Shown: positions 1-12,076 of the stretch, piece by piece | Position numbering within the stretch: position 1 is the stretch's first letter | How the letters are laid out: each line of letters opens with the position of its first letter | From: Erythrobacter sp. | Lineage (GTDB): Bacteria > Pseudomonadota > Alphaproteobacteria > Sphingomonadales > Sphingomonadaceae | Length of the DNA: 64,000 bases | Assembly: GCA_036350735.1 (NCBI GenBank) | Contig: JAZBNR010000065.1 | Location: 2,617 to 66,616 of the forward strand | Direction: 5' to 3' | The notes under the pieces: model-generated | The model's input: the letters and a program-made list of their open reading frames with translations, nothing else | What the model was told of the DNA's origin: nothing | Database searches by the model: none | Translations under genes and position numbers: made by a program

Positions 1-416
1 GCGCGCAATGCGGGCGCGATCGGACCGGGCGCGAAGGGAAGGCAGGGGACGGCGCAGCCCAGCATCTCACGCGTCGGCGCGCTCTCGGGCAGCCGCTCGG
101 GCACGCCCTCGAGCGCGAGGATCAGTGCGAGCGGGGCAGCCTGCGCGATCGGCAGCGAGACGAGGCCGACACCGCGCACCTCGATCAGCCCCGCGCAGCG
201 CGGCGGGGGCGCGGCGAATATTGTGTCACCCTGGCGCTTGAGCTGCACCCCGTCATCGCCGATCAGCCGCGCGCCGCGATCGATCAGGGCAAGGCATAGC
301 GAACTCTTGCCGCTGCCTGGCGGACCCTCGATCAGCAGCGCGCGGCCCTCGATCGCGACCGCGCTCGCACCGATCCTCAAGGCTGGCCCGGCGCCTTGTT
401 TCACCGGACTGATCAC
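1..416 (-). CDS. hprK: HPr kinase/phosphorylase-like protein, 3' end runs off the window
   Basis: Manual translation from a GTG overlapping the chvG stop (GTGA): ...AVAIEGRALLIEGPPGSGKSSL...LIGDDGV...GLIEVRGVG. Has Walker A and HprK signatures and the canonical position downstream of chvG. Confidence 0.85.
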   Translation of the reverse strand, partial: MISPVKQGAGPALRIGASAVAIEGRALLIEGPPGSGKSSLCLALIDRGARLIGDDGVQLKRQGDTIFAAPPPRCAGLIEVRGVGLVSLPIAQAAPLALILALEGVPERLPESAPTREMLGCAVPCLPFAPGPIAPALR

Positions 417-2017
417 CGGGCCGGCAGGCGCAGCTTGAGATAGGCGCCGGGCGCGCCGTCGGGGCGGGCATGGGCGGAGAGCGTGCCATCATGCGCCTCG
501 GCAATTGCGCGCGCTATCGCGAGGCCGAGCCCTGAATGGTTGCCGAAATCCTCCTGTTCGGGGCGGACCGAATGGAAGCGCTGGAACACCTTCTCGCGGT
601 TTTCCTCGGCGATGCCCGGCCCGTGATCGGCGACGCTCAGGGTCACGCAATCGCCATCGTTGCGGATATCGACCTCGATCGGGGCTTCGGGGGGTGAAAA
701 GGAGACGGCGTTGTCCAGCAGATTGACCACCACTCGCTCGAGCCGCGCGCCAACGCCCCGCACCACGGGCGCAAAGCCATACTGGGTCAGCACGATGCGA
801 TGATCCTCGTTCTGCGCGCGGTGCTCGCGGCTGCCGATGATCGCGCGCACGAGATCGGCGAGGTCGATCCGCTCGAGCGTGGCGCGGCTCATCTCGGCGT
901 CGATCCGGCTCGCATCGGAGATCTCGCTGACCAATCGGTCGATCCGGCGCACGTCATGGGTTGCGATCTCGGTCAGCTCCCTGCGCAGCGCAGGATCCTC
1001 GACCCGTGGGAGCGATTCGATCGCGCTGCGCAGCGAGGCAAGCGGGTTCTTGATTTCGTGCGCGACATCGGCGGCGAAGCTGTCGACCGCGTCGATCCGC
1101 TGGCGCAGCGCGAGCGTCATGTCCGAGACCGCGCGCGCGAGCAGGCCGATCTCGTCGCCGCGCTCGGGCAGGCGCGGCACCTCGACCTCGCGCTCGCGCC
1201 CCTGTCGCACTCGCACCGCCGCACGGGCGAGCTGCGATAAAGGCGTGACGATCGTGCGCGCGAGGAACAGCGAGAGCAGAGCCGAGGCGATCAGCACGAT
1301 CACCACAGCCGTGATCAGCGTGGTGCGCGCCTGGCGCACTGTGGCAGTTATGTCGACCGCGTTGCGCACCGTCAGCAGCGTCGCGCCGTTGAGCCCGACC
1401 GGGGCGGCGGCGGTGATCACCGGGGTGCCGTCGCGCCAGTCGTAAAGGTTCACCTGGCTCACCCCTTCCTCGCGTGCGCGGACCAGTTCGGGCCAGGCCT
1501 CGGCGGTCTGCGCTTCGGGCTCGACATAATCGGTCACCGGCTCGGCGGCGACGATCGTGTCGACCGTGCGATCGAGCCAGCGGGCGAATTGCTGCTCCCA
1601 GGTGTCGTCCTCGATGTCGTCGAACACGAAGGCCGGCTCGGCAAGCGCGAAGCTGTCCGCCCATAGCCGGCCCTCGGCATCGAACATCCTGAGGCGCATG
1701 CGCTGTTCCTTGCCGATCTGGACGAGCAGCGCCTCCTGCCGCTCCTTGCTCGCGCCTGCGAGCGCCTCGGCGGTGATCTGCGCCTCGATCCGCGCCATCT
1801 TGAACCGCTCGTTGATGAGCTGGGTGCGATAGCTGTCGAGATAGAACAGTCCGCCGCCCAGCACGAGCAGCGGCAGGATGTTGACGACGAGAATCCGCGC
1901 GGTGAGCGGAAAGCGGCCGGTGAAGCTGTGGCGCACATTTCCGTCCCGCAGCGCGCGCAGCGGCGTATCGTTCGCGATCCGGTCGCGCATCCGGGCTGAG
2001 GCGCTCATGTCGTTCAT
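413..2017 (-). CDS. chvG: Sensor histidine kinase ChvG/ExoS
   Basis: Two TM segments, HAMP, H-box ADVAHEIKNPL, N/G boxes (NLLDNA, DHGPG, GLGLAI); downstream of chvI. Confidence 0.9.
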   Translation of the reverse strand: MNDMSASARMRDRIANDTPLRALRDGNVRHSFTGRFPLTARILVVNILPLLVLGGGLFYLDSYRTQLINERFKMARIEAQITAEALAGASKERQEALLVQIGKEQRMRLRMFDAEGRLWADSFALAEPAFVFDDIEDDTWEQQFARWLDRTVDTIVAAEPVTDYVEPEAQTAEAWPELVRAREEGVSQVNLYDWRDGTPVITAAAPVGLNGATLLTVRNAVDITATVRQARTTLITAVVIVLIASALLSLFLARTIVTPLSQLARAAVRVRQGREREVEVPRLPERGDEIGLLARAVSDMTLALRQRIDAVDSFAADVAHEIKNPLASLRSAIESLPRVEDPALRRELTEIATHDVRRIDRLVSEISDASRIDAEMSRATLERIDLADLVRAIIGSREHRAQNEDHRIVLTQYGFAPVVRGVGARLERVVVNLLDNAVSFSPPEAPIEVDIRNDGDCVTLSVADHGPGIAEENREKVFQRFHSVRPEQEDFGNHSGLGLAIARAIAEAHDGTLSAHARPDGAPGAYLKLRLPAR

Positions 2018-2047
2018 CGCGCGCGGCGGCCGGCCGCCTGATGCGGT

Positions 2048-2827
2048 TCAGCCGTCATTGAAGCTGTAGCCCGCGCCATAGAGCGTGTCGATTGCGCTGA
2101 AGCTGTCATCGACACAGCGAAACTTGCGCCGCATTCGCTTGATGTGGCTGTCGACGGTGCGATCGTCGACGAACACATCGTCGGGATAGGCCGCATCCAT
2201 CAGCTGGTTGCGGTTCTTGATGACGCCGGGGCGCGCGGCGAGCGCCTCGAGGATGAGGAATTCGGTGACGGTGAGGCTGACCGGGCGATCGTCCCAACTG
2301 ACATAATGGCGGGCAGGGTCCATGAACAGCCGACCGCGCGCGATGACAGGGTTTGCAGGCGAGGCGTCTGCCCCCTCCTCGCCGCCCTCGCGCAGGCCCG
2401 GCTCGGCGCGCCGCAGGATTGCGCGAATGCGCGCGGTCAAGAGGCGCAGCGAGAAGGGCTTGGCGATGTAATCGTCCGCCCCCAGTTCGAGCCCGGCTTC
2501 CTCGTCGGCCTCGTCATCCTTGCTGGTGAGGAAGATCACCGGCAGCTGCGAACGCTCGCGCACCCGCGCGAGCAATTCCATCCCGTCCATCTTGGGCATC
2601 TTGATGTCGAACACGGCAAGGTCGGGCGGATTTTCGAGCAGCGCTTTGAGGGCGGTCTCCCCGTCCGAATAGAGGCGAGTGACAAAGCCCTCCGCCTGAA
2701 GCGCGATCGAGACCGAGGTGAGGATATTGCGATCATCGTCCACAAGCGCGATCACGGCCGCCGCCTCTGGCGCGCGGCGCGCTGCGTCGGGCGCAGGACC
2801 ATCGGCTTCGAGGGCCTGATCGGTCAT
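2048..2827 (-). CDS. chvI: OmpR-family response regulator ChvI
   Basis: [32 protein letters not shown]; divergent from pckA. Start placed at MTDQ. Confidence 0.92.
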   Translation of the reverse strand: MTDQALEADGPAPDAARRAPEAAAVIALVDDDRNILTSVSIALQAEGFVTRLYSDGETALKALLENPPDLAVFDIKMPKMDGMELLARVRERSQLPVIFLTSKDDEADEEAGLELGADDYIAKPFSLRLLTARIRAILRRAEPGLREGGEEGADASPANPVIARGRLFMDPARHYVSWDDRPVSLTVTEFLILEALAARPGVIKNRNQLMDAAYPDDVFVDDRTVDSHIKRMRRKFRCVDDSFSAIDTLYGAGYSFNDG

Positions 2828-3202
2828 GGCGCGGTCCGGCGAGAAGCGAGGCGGGGCGGCTGGGACATCACCTTGTGAATTAGCCGCTTTGCCCCCGCAA
2901 AACAATCCGCGCCAGTCCGTGCCACCGCTGTTCGCACCAGAGCGCGCACCGACCGGCCCGATCGGTTTGACGCCGCCCGCCCCCCCGCCTATGCGAAATG
3001 GCGAGAGGAGACAGGCCCGGCCTCGCCCGACTCGGACGCATCAAGACGTCCCCGTGCAAAGCTAGCGCCTTTTCTTGGGATTTTGGTGACACACGGTGCC
3101 TAGAGATTGCATTTACGGGTGTGCGCTGCATCGCATGCGCTTCGTGCATCGATCTTATTTGCGCCGCGCATGTGTCAAGGGACATGGACGGAAAGCGACA
3201 CG

Positions 3203-4816
<1,614 letters not shown>

Positions 4817-4902
4817 GGCGATCACTAATCCTGTTCGCAGGCCTTCTTTCTGTCATCCGATCGAGCTAGGTTATGGCCGGGTCGGTGACAGGAGAATCGC
4901 TT

Positions 4903-5259
4903 ATGAGCATGCTCAATTCCATCCTCAAGAACATCGGCGGCGCGCCCGACGATGTCGCCAATCTCGCCGCCAAGATCGGGATCGATCCGGCGCTCGCTGA
5001 AAAGGCGATCGCGGTGCTCGGGCAGACGCACCAGATGGAGGGAGACACGGTCGAGCTCGCCTCGGCGAAGACCGGGCTCGATACCGGCATCCTTGCGCAG
5101 ATCGTTCAGCAGATCGGCGGCGAGGGCTCGCTGATGGAATTCGCCAATGCGATCCAGAACGATCCCTCCTCGTTCATGGCCCTCATCGATCGGGACGGCG
5201 ACGGCAATCCGCTCGATGATATCGCCGGGATGGCGAGCGGGCTGTTCGGCAAGAGGTGA
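4903..5259 (+). CDS. Small conserved protein with C-terminal EF-hand-like loop (DUF937/YidB-like)
   Basis: GGAGA SD before the ATG; C-terminal DRDGDGNPLDD. Confidence 0.7.
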   Translation: MSMLNSILKNIGGAPDDVANLAAKIGIDPALAEKAIAVLGQTHQMEGDTVELASAKTGLDTGILAQIVQQIGGEGSLMEFANAIQNDPSSFMALIDRDGDGNPLDDIAGMASGLFGKR

Positions 5260-5269
5260 GCCGCGCGCG

Positions 5270-6817
5270 CTAGCGCATTTCCTGCGCGATCAGCTCGAGC
5301 ATCGGGAAGCGTTCGCCCTCGGCGCGGCCTTGCAGCATCGCGACAAGGTCGCGCATCTGCTGACCCTTGGGACCGCCATGCGGGTGCGAGGCGAGCGGCG
5401 CGAGCGCGGCGCGGGCCTCGCCGATCCGCCCGTCATGGATGTGCATGAGGCCAACGATGAGCCATAATTGCGCATCGAACGGGGCCAGCTCGGCGGCGCG
5501 CGCGATCGCCGCCTTGGCGAGATCGCTGGGCTCTTCCCCTCGCGCGATGTGCGATCGATAGGTCATGATCAGCGGAAGCGGGTGGTCGTTTTCGAGCGCA
5601 TTGAGCGCGCGCAGCGGCACCATCGCCGCCTCGATCGCCGCATCGCGCCCGGCCGGATCGCCAAGCGCTTCTGCCTGGCGGAACAGCGCGAGGCCCTTGT
5701 GCGCCAGCGCGGTCTTGTTCGCCGGCTCCAGCGCGAGCGCCGCCTCGGCAGCTTCAATCGCGGCTGCATCATCGCCTGAGGCGTATTCGGCCTGTGCGAG
5801 CAACGCCAGCACGGCCGCCTCGTCGGCATGATCTTGCGCGATGCGGCGCGCCTCCTGCGCCAGTGCCTCGGATTCCTCGTCCGGCGCTGCGCGCGTTGCC
5901 CGGATGCGCACCTCCATCATCGCCGCCTCGCCGGGAGGCAGCCGCCGCAGCTTCACCTCGCCGATCGCCAGCTCACCGGGGGCGAGCACGAAGCCCTCCT
6001 TGCGGCCCTTGCGCCAATGCGCGGTCAGTTCGCGTTCGAGCTGCGCGAGGCTGCCGAAAGCCTTCTGCGCCGCTTCCAGCGAAGGCGTCGCGCCAAGCAC
6101 GCCCAGCCAGTAGGCGCGCAATTGTCCGGCGCGCTCCTCCCGCATCGAGAGGAAGTGGTAGAGCAGCCACGAGCGCGCGTAGAACGCCTCGCGCCCGAGC
6201 CCGCGATAAGGGTCCGCCGGGTCGAAATCGAGCAGTTCGCTCACCGAAATGCCCTTGTTGCTTGCGAAATGGAGATCGCGCCAGCGATGCACCGCGGTCA
6301 ACCCCATCAGAAGCGAGCCGTCCTCGGCAAAACCCGTCGCTCCGAAGAATTCGGCTGCGCCCTCGTTCATCCACAGCGGCATCGCGAAGCGCGCCGAGGA
6401 CATCAGGAAATGATGGGCGTATTCGTGCTGAAGGACGATCGTGGAGAGCGCGGGATAGCCCGTCCTGTTCTGGATATCCTGCACGAACGCAGCGCTGTTC
6501 CCGGCGCGCGGCATGTAGAAGCCGGCGATCCCGTTGGTGCCCGCGAGCTGCTCGACCGCGGCGGCATTGCCCACCACATAGACGCTCACGCGGTTGGATG
6601 GGCTGGGCGTCTCGATGTCGCGCCCGGTGAAACGCTCGAGCGCGGCGTGGTAGCGCTCGAGGTTCTCGGCGAAAAGGCGCACGTCGGCCTCCATGTCGTC
6701 GGCATAGATGACGAAGTGCTCGCTCGAGGCCTCATACCAGCCGGCGCGGGCCGGGGCTGCCGCGAGGATCGCGAGGAACGCGAGGGCGAGGGGGGTGATG
6801 CGCAATAGTGTGATCAT
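5270..6817 (-). CDS. Exported zincin-like (HExxH) protein with TPR-like C-terminus (DUF1570-like)
   Basis: Signal peptide ending AxA, WYEASSEHF, HEYAHH...PLWMNEGAAEFF gluzincin motif, Ala-rich helical repeats. Confidence 0.75.
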   Translation of the reverse strand: MITLLRITPLALAFLAILAAAPARAGWYEASSEHFVIYADDMEADVRLFAENLERYHAALERFTGRDIETPSPSNRVSVYVVGNAAAVEQLAGTNGIAGFYMPRAGNSAAFVQDIQNRTGYPALSTIVLQHEYAHHFLMSSARFAMPLWMNEGAAEFFGATGFAEDGSLLMGLTAVHRWRDLHFASNKGISVSELLDFDPADPYRGLGREAFYARSWLLYHFLSMREERAGQLRAYWLGVLGATPSLEAAQKAFGSLAQLERELTAHWRKGRKEGFVLAPGELAIGEVKLRRLPPGEAAMMEVRIRATRAAPDEESEALAQEARRIAQDHADEAAVLALLAQAEYASGDDAAAIEAAEAALALEPANKTALAHKGLALFRQAEALGDPAGRDAAIEAAMVPLRALNALENDHPLPLIMTYRSHIARGEEPSDLAKAAIARAAELAPFDAQLWLIVGLMHIHDGRIGEARAALAPLASHPHGGPKGQQMRDLVAMLQGRAEGERFPMLELIAQEMR

Positions 6818-6899
6818 GATCGCTGCCGGTGAGAAGCATAGTGCCCCGCGCCAGCATGAACAGCCCCGCTGAACCCGCGCTGTCCGGCGGGCCAGCGTG

Positions 6900-8555
6900 C
6901 TACTCCGCCGCCTCCTGCACCGCCTTGATCGCGCTTGCCGCCTGCCGGCGCGCATCGAGATAGGCCCAGATCCGGCTCACCACCACCGAACCTTCGCCGA
7001 CCGCGCTCGCCACCCGTTTGACCGAGCCGGCGCGCACGTCGCCGACCGCGAAGATGCCATCCGCGCTCGTCTCGTAGGGGCTGCCGCGGCCCACCTCGGC
7101 GCCGGTCAGCACGAAACCCTTCTCGTCGGTCGCGACGAGGCCGGAGAGCCAGTCGGTGTTGGGGGCGGCGCCAATCATGATGAACAGCGCGGCCGAATCG
7201 ATCACGCGCTCGCCATTAGGCGTCTTGAAGGTGACGCCGGTCAGCCATTCCTCCCCGTGCAGCGCGGTGATCTCGGTGTGGTAGTGGATCGTCACGCGCG
7301 GATCGGCCTCGAGCCGGCTCGAGAGATAGCTCGACATCGAGGCGGCAAGGCTGCCCGAGCGCACCACGAGATGAACATGACGCGCCGCGCGGCTCAGATA
7401 CATCGCAGCCTGCCCCGCCGAATTGCCCCCGCCGATCACGACCACCTCGGTGTTGGCGCAGAACCGCGCCTCCATCTCGGTCGCCGAATAGAAAATCCCT
7501 GCGCCCTCAAGCTCGCGCAAATTGTCGAGCGGCAGGCGGCGATATTGCACCCCTGTCGAAACCAGCACCGCGCCTGCGCACACCTCCTGCCCATCCTCGA
7601 GGCAGGCGCAATAGGAGCCGTCCTCGCGCCGCGTGAGCTGCTCAACCCGGCGCGGCATGGCAAAGCGGGTGCCGAATTTCATCGCCTGGATCTGCCCGCG
7701 ATAGGTGAGATCGGTGCCGCTGATGCCGGTGGGAAAGCCCATGTAGTTCTCGATCCGGCTGGATGTGCCCGCCTGGCCCCCGATCGCGGTATCCTCGATC
7801 ACCAGCGCATTGAGCCCTTCCGAGCCCGCATAGACCGCTGCGGCAACGCCTGCGGGGCCGCCGCCGACGATAAGGAGGTCGTAATCGCGCTGCGAGCAGA
7901 TATCGAGATCGAGCCCGAGGAACTGCGCGACCTTGCGCGGGGTGGGATCCTCGATCCGCTCGCCGGTCGAGAGATAGATACCCGGCTCACGATCAACGAG
8001 CGCGCACACCTCCAGCACTTCGGCCTCGCCCGAATTGAGATCGTAGCTCCTGAAAGGGATGCGATTGCGCGAGAGGAACCGCTCGACCGCCTGCACCGCG
8101 CTGTCGCGATCCGCGCCGATGCACTTGATCGCGCCGTTGCTCAATTCGAACTGGCGGCGGCGGCGCGCGGCAAAGACGGTGATGAGATGGTCCGAAAGCT
8201 CTGGGATCCGGCTCATCAGATCGAGCATCGCCTGGCGCGGAGCCTCGATCACGCGGGTGTCCTGAGCGGCGCGCATCCGCAGGAAATTGGTGCCGCGATT
8301 GAGGAAGGCGATCTCGCCCATGAACTGGGTCGGCCCGAGCGTCGAGGGCATCAGCCGCTCGCCGGTGTAGGGATTGACCACCTCGATCTCGCCTTCGAGA
8401 ACGTAGATGAAGGTCTCCATCGGCTCACCGATTTCGGCGACGATCTCGCCCGCTTTGTAGAGCCGCTCGCCGCCGATCGCGCAAATCGCCTCGACATGCG
8501 CATCCGCCAGCGGCACGCGCCGCATCGTTTCGAGATCCTGCCCCAAGCCTTCCAT
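6900..8555 (-). CDS. Cyclic-nucleotide-binding-domain thioredoxin-reductase-like FAD oxidoreductase
   Basis: N-terminal cNMP domain (FMGEIAFL), GGGPAG, GGQAGTSSRIENYMGFP, GGGNSAGQ, GIFAVGDVR. Confidence 0.85.
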   Translation of the reverse strand: MEGLGQDLETMRRVPLADAHVEAICAIGGERLYKAGEIVAEIGEPMETFIYVLEGEIEVVNPYTGERLMPSTLGPTQFMGEIAFLNRGTNFLRMRAAQDTRVIEAPRQAMLDLMSRIPELSDHLITVFAARRRRQFELSNGAIKCIGADRDSAVQAVERFLSRNRIPFRSYDLNSGEAEVLEVCALVDREPGIYLSTGERIEDPTPRKVAQFLGLDLDICSQRDYDLLIVGGGPAGVAAAVYAGSEGLNALVIEDTAIGGQAGTSSRIENYMGFPTGISGTDLTYRGQIQAMKFGTRFAMPRRVEQLTRREDGSYCACLEDGQEVCAGAVLVSTGVQYRRLPLDNLRELEGAGIFYSATEMEARFCANTEVVVIGGGNSAGQAAMYLSRAARHVHLVVRSGSLAASMSSYLSSRLEADPRVTIHYHTEITALHGEEWLTGVTFKTPNGERVIDSAALFIMIGAAPNTDWLSGLVATDEKGFVLTGAEVGRGSPYETSADGIFAVGDVRAGSVKRVASAVGEGSVVVSRIWAYLDARRQAASAIKAVQEAAE

Positions 8556-8635
8556 CGCCGCCTCCCTGCAAGCCGCTGCGGCGCCCGAGCGCGGACGCTG
8601 CATCTAAATGGGTCGCGCGGCGCGATCGGCAAGGC

Positions 8636-10525
8636 TCAGGCGGTGCGGGCCCCGGCGATGTAGCGGCCGACGGTGTTCTCGACCACGCTGAGCGGCGCAT
8701 TGCCGCCGAGCACGATAGCGGTGTTGAACGCGCGGAAATCGAAATTCTCGCCCAGCGCCGCCTCGGCCCGCGCGCGCTGGCGCACCATCTCGCTGTGGCC
8801 GATCTTGTAGCCGCAGGCCTGGCCCGGCCAGCTGCAATAGCGATCGACTTCGCTTGCGACTTCCTCCTCCTTGGAGCCATTGCGCTCGACGAAGAAGCGC
8901 CTCGCTTCCTCGCGGGTCCAGCGCTTGGAATGAATGCCGGTGTCGACCACCAGGCGGCAGGCCCTGAAGGCGATCGCTTGGAGGTAGCCCAGCCGCCCGA
9001 CCTTGAACTCGTCATAGGCGCCAAGCTCGTCGGCGAGCTGCTCGGCATAGAGCGCCCAGCCTTCCGAGAAGGCGTTGAAGGCGAGGATCGAGCGGATCAG
9101 CGGCAGGCGGTTGGAATAGGTGCCCTCCCAGGCATGGCCGGGGATCGCCTCGTGGAAGGTGAGATCGGGCAGATCGTATTTCCGATGAAGATCGGTGGTG
9201 CGAAGATTGATCCACATGCGCGCAGGGATCGTCCCGTCCTTGCTGCCCGCCCCGCCATAGGCGGCCGGAGCGCCCGGCTCCTCGGAGAGCGGCAGGCGGC
9301 GGATCTCGAGCGGCGGATCAACCAGCGTGGTGAAGGCGCGCGGCATCTGCGCCTCGATGTAATCGAGCTGGCGCTGGATGAAGGCGACGATCTCGGCTCG
9401 GCCCTCGTCTCCGGGCGCAAACATGTAGGCCGGGTCCGATCCCAGCGCCTGCATCCGCTCGCCGACCGTGCCCTTGGTGTAGCCGATCTCCTTCAGGATT
9501 GCGTCCATCCGGGCGTGCAGCTCGTCGAGCTCGGCAAGCCCCTGCTCGTGGATTTCGTCGGGGGAGAGGTTGGTCGTGGTCGAGGCCTTGAGCGCCCAGT
9601 CATACCAGCGCTCGCCCTCGGGCTGCGCCCACATGCCCGCCTCGGATTTCGCCAGCTTGCGCTGCTCGCGCAGCTCGGCAAGCTGGGCTTCCAGCGCGGG
9701 GACGATCTGGGTGGTGGTGATGTCGTGCGCGTATTCGCCGTTTTCCCGGAGGCCCTCCTCGCCGAACTGCTCGACGATCTTGCTGGTGAGCGCGCCAGTA
9801 TAGATGCCGCCCTCGCGCGCATCGGCGATGCTGCCCTCCATCTGCGCGATCGCCTTGTCGAGCAGGAAATCGGGAGGGACGAGGCCCATCGAGCGCGCCT
9901 CGCTGATGCGCTGCGTCTCGCCCTTGAGGAAGGCGGGAACCTGGCTCAGCCGGTTGAGATAGTGGTAGATGTCCTCCTGGCTGCGGACCGGCTGGGTCGC
10001 GCCGAAATGGCGCGGAAAATCGATATAGCCGCCGACATTCTGGATCACGACATAGGGCGCATTGCGCCAGCCGCCGACAGCGACCTCGCCATAGGGCAGC
10101 GCCATCCCCTCGAGCGCGGTGGCGAAGGCCGCTTCGACCACCTCGAAGCCGACGATCTGATCGGGAGTGAGCCCCTCGCGCGGATAGGCGCGGGCTTCGG
10201 CGAGCAGCCGGGTGAGCTCGTCGCGATAGGCCTCGCGCCCTTCCTCGCCGGGCGTGCCGAAGGTGCCGCGCAGGCTCGCATATTCGCCGGTGTCGACCCC
10301 GAGCGAGGTCGCGCGCGAGGGTTCGTGGGCGAGCATGGCGTAGGCGATCGCATCGAGCTTCGCATCGGCCGGGCTGACGGCGGAAGGGCCGGCGGCGCTG
10401 GCGGAGACGGGATCGGCCTTGCGCGCAGCGCAGCCGGCGAGCGTGCCCGAGGCGAGCGCGAGCACAGACACGCCGCCCACCCCAAGGGCCTGGCGACGCG
10501 TGACGTCGTGAAGATAGTCGTTCAT
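8636..10525 (-). CDS. DUF885-family Tat-exported lipoprotein (putative metallopeptidase)
   Basis: TRRQAL twin-arginine signal plus LAGC lipobox; HEAIPGH, EGWALYAE, EVDRY, PGQACGYKIG. Confidence 0.88.
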   Translation of the reverse strand: MNDYLHDVTRRQALGVGGVSVLALASGTLAGCAARKADPVSASAAGPSAVSPADAKLDAIAYAMLAHEPSRATSLGVDTGEYASLRGTFGTPGEEGREAYRDELTRLLAEARAYPREGLTPDQIVGFEVVEAAFATALEGMALPYGEVAVGGWRNAPYVVIQNVGGYIDFPRHFGATQPVRSQEDIYHYLNRLSQVPAFLKGETQRISEARSMGLVPPDFLLDKAIAQMEGSIADAREGGIYTGALTSKIVEQFGEEGLRENGEYAHDITTTQIVPALEAQLAELREQRKLAKSEAGMWAQPEGERWYDWALKASTTTNLSPDEIHEQGLAELDELHARMDAILKEIGYTKGTVGERMQALGSDPAYMFAPGDEGRAEIVAFIQRQLDYIEAQMPRAFTTLVDPPLEIRRLPLSEEPGAPAAYGGAGSKDGTIPARMWINLRTTDLHRKYDLPDLTFHEAIPGHAWEGTYSNRLPLIRSILAFNAFSEGWALYAEQLADELGAYDEFKVGRLGYLQAIAFRACRLVVDTGIHSKRWTREEARRFFVERNGSKEEEVASEVDRYCSWPGQACGYKIGHSEMVRQRARAEAALGENFDFRAFNTAIVLGGNAPLSVVENTVGRYIAGARTA

Positions 10526-10561
10526 TCCCGAGCGATTAGCGCGCGCAGGGGGTGGGATCAA

Positions 10562-10957
10562 TCAGTCCTTGAGATCGTCGGGAACGCTCCCGCCGGCCTC
10601 GGCGAGCTTGCGCATCACCGCCTTGTGCAGGCGGATATTGTCCTCGGCCGAGCCTTCATAGCCGGTGATCCCGACCTCGCCGGCGAGCTCCTTGCGGTTT
10701 GCGTAGCTCGAATCGAGATTGAGCAACTTCATCAGGTCGACGATCGAGGTGCGCCAGTTGAGCGAATTCGCCCCAGGCACCGCGCTGAGGCGGGCGACCA
10801 CATCGATTTCGCTGACGGGCTTGGGCGCGGCGGGCTTGGCGGGCGCGGCCGCAGGCTGGGCGGCAGGCGCTGCGGCGGGCTTGGCTGCAGGCGCCGCCTT
10901 CTTCTCGTCCTCGTCCGAACCCCAGATCGCATTCTTGATCGAGCTGAAAATTCCCAT
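10562..10957 (-). CDS. DUF3597-family protein
   Basis: Pro/Ala linker followed by LNWRTSIVDLMKLL...RKELA...NIRLHKAVM; GGAGG SD. Confidence 0.85.
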   Translation of the reverse strand: MGIFSSIKNAIWGSDEDEKKAAPAAKPAAAPAAQPAAAPAKPAAPKPVSEIDVVARLSAVPGANSLNWRTSIVDLMKLLNLDSSYANRKELAGEVGITGYEGSAEDNIRLHKAVMRKLAEAGGSVPDDLKD

Positions 10958-10987
10958 GTTACCCTCCTTGGCTTCAGCGGCTTTGTC

Positions 10988-11012
10988 AAACCCGATAGAC
11001 CGGGGATGTTCC
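10988..11012 (-). promoter_or_regulatory. Putative EcfG (sigmaT) promoter of the DUF3597 gene
   Basis: Minus strand GGAAC-N16-GTTT, about 30 nt before the ATG. Confidence 0.5.
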
Positions 11013-11061
11013 CGTGTCGTGACGCTTGCGCTAAAGCGCGCGCGATGAGGGATGCGAAGCG

Positions 11062-11268
11062 ATGATCGACATTGTGCTCAGCCTGGTGATGCTGGCGGCT
11101 TTTGCGCTGCTGGCGGGCGCATTCGTGCTGTGGCGCCGCACCGGCGAGAAAAAGAACCCGGCGCTGATGGTGCTGCTGGCGCTGATCGCTGTCGCCAACG
11201 TGCTGATCTGGACGCTGCCCGTGGGCGAGGCGGGCTCGCTCGCGGATGATCCGGCCGCTACCCCTTAG
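11062..11268 (+). CDS. Small two-TM membrane protein
   Basis: 68 aa with two hydrophobic helices. Confidence 0.65.
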   Translation: MIDIVLSLVMLAAFALLAGAFVLWRRTGEKKNPALMVLLALIAVANVLIWTLPVGEAGSLADDPAATP

Positions 11269-11280
11269 GCAAGTAATGCA

Positions 11281-11400
11281 GCCCCCAACGGGCGCAACGC
11301 AGCCGCAAGCGCGACCGCGCGCCCCGCAGGGGCCCCGAAGCGAAGCGGAGGGAGCAGCCCCGAGGACGAAGGCGCGGATGCGCCTTCGCCCACAAACAAC
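11281..11400. repeat. REP-like palindromic intergenic element
   Basis: Hairpins GCCCC-GCA-GGGGC and CGAAGGCGC-GGAT-GCGCCTTCG; ends in CACAAACAA, which also ends the element at 26241-26393. Confidence 0.55.
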
Positions 11401-11419
11401 GGTCAAATGATCCTTCAGA

Positions 11420-12076
11420 TCACTTGATCGGGCAATCGGGCGAGAGGCGGAAATCGAGATAATTGTCGACGCTGGCCATCATCTCGTCGAGCTCGTTCTC
11501 GAAGAAGTGGTTGGCGCGCGGGATTTCCTCGTGGTGGATCGTGATGTGCTTTTGCGTGCGCAGCTTGTCGACCAGCTTCTGAACCGCACCCGGCTGGACA
11601 ACCGTGTCAGCCGCCCCTTGCACGAAGATGCCGCTCGCGGGGCAGGGCGCGAGGAAGGTGAAATCATACATGTTGGCGGGCGGCGCGACCGAGATGAAGC
11701 CGCGCACTTCCGGGCGCCGCATCAAGAGCTGCATGCCGATCAGCGCGCCGAAGGAATAGCCCGCGACCCAGGTCGTCTGCGCCTCGGGGTGGATCGATTG
11801 CACCCAGTCGAGCGCGCTCGCCGCATCGGAAAGCTCGCCGATCCCGGAATCGAAGCTGCCCTGAGAGCGCCCGACCCCGCGAAAGTTGAACCGCAAGGTG
11901 GCAAAACCGCGATCGACGAAGGTCTTGTAGAGCCGCTGCACGATCCGGTCGTTCATCGTGCCGCCGCCCTCGGGGTGCGGGTGGAGGATCATCGCAACCG
12001 GCGCGCGCGGGCGCGGCGGAGGGGAAAAACGGCCTTCAAGACGGCCCTCGGGGCCGGGGAAGATGACGGATGGCAT
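11420..12076 (-). CDS. Alpha/beta hydrolase, conserved neighbour of cysteine desulfurases
   Basis: HPHPEGGGTM, RFNFRGVGRS, GYSFG nucleophile elbow, ANHFF. Confidence 0.9.
   Translation of the reverse strand: MPSVIFPGPEGRLEGRFSPPPRPRAPVAMILHPHPEGGGTMNDRIVQRLYKTFVDRGFATLRFNFRGVGRSQGSFDSGIGELSDAASALDWVQSIHPEAQTTWVAGYSFGALIGMQLLMRRPEVRGFISVAPPANMYDFTFLAPCPASGIFVQGAADTVVQPGAVQKLVDKLRTQKHITIHHEEIPRANHFFENELDEMMASVDNYLDFRLSPDCPIK

Noticed and set aside
2828-3202. ChvI-binding repeats or sRNA in the chvI-pckA spacer
   Set aside because: GCC-type repeats are present but cannot be told apart from background at this GC content without a weight matrix.
8795-11065. Long antisense ORFs (756 aa here; also 6897-8663, 18109-20025, 58169-60655, 60861-63218)
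   Set aside because: Shadows of high-GC codon usage opposite well-supported genes; no recognisable motifs.
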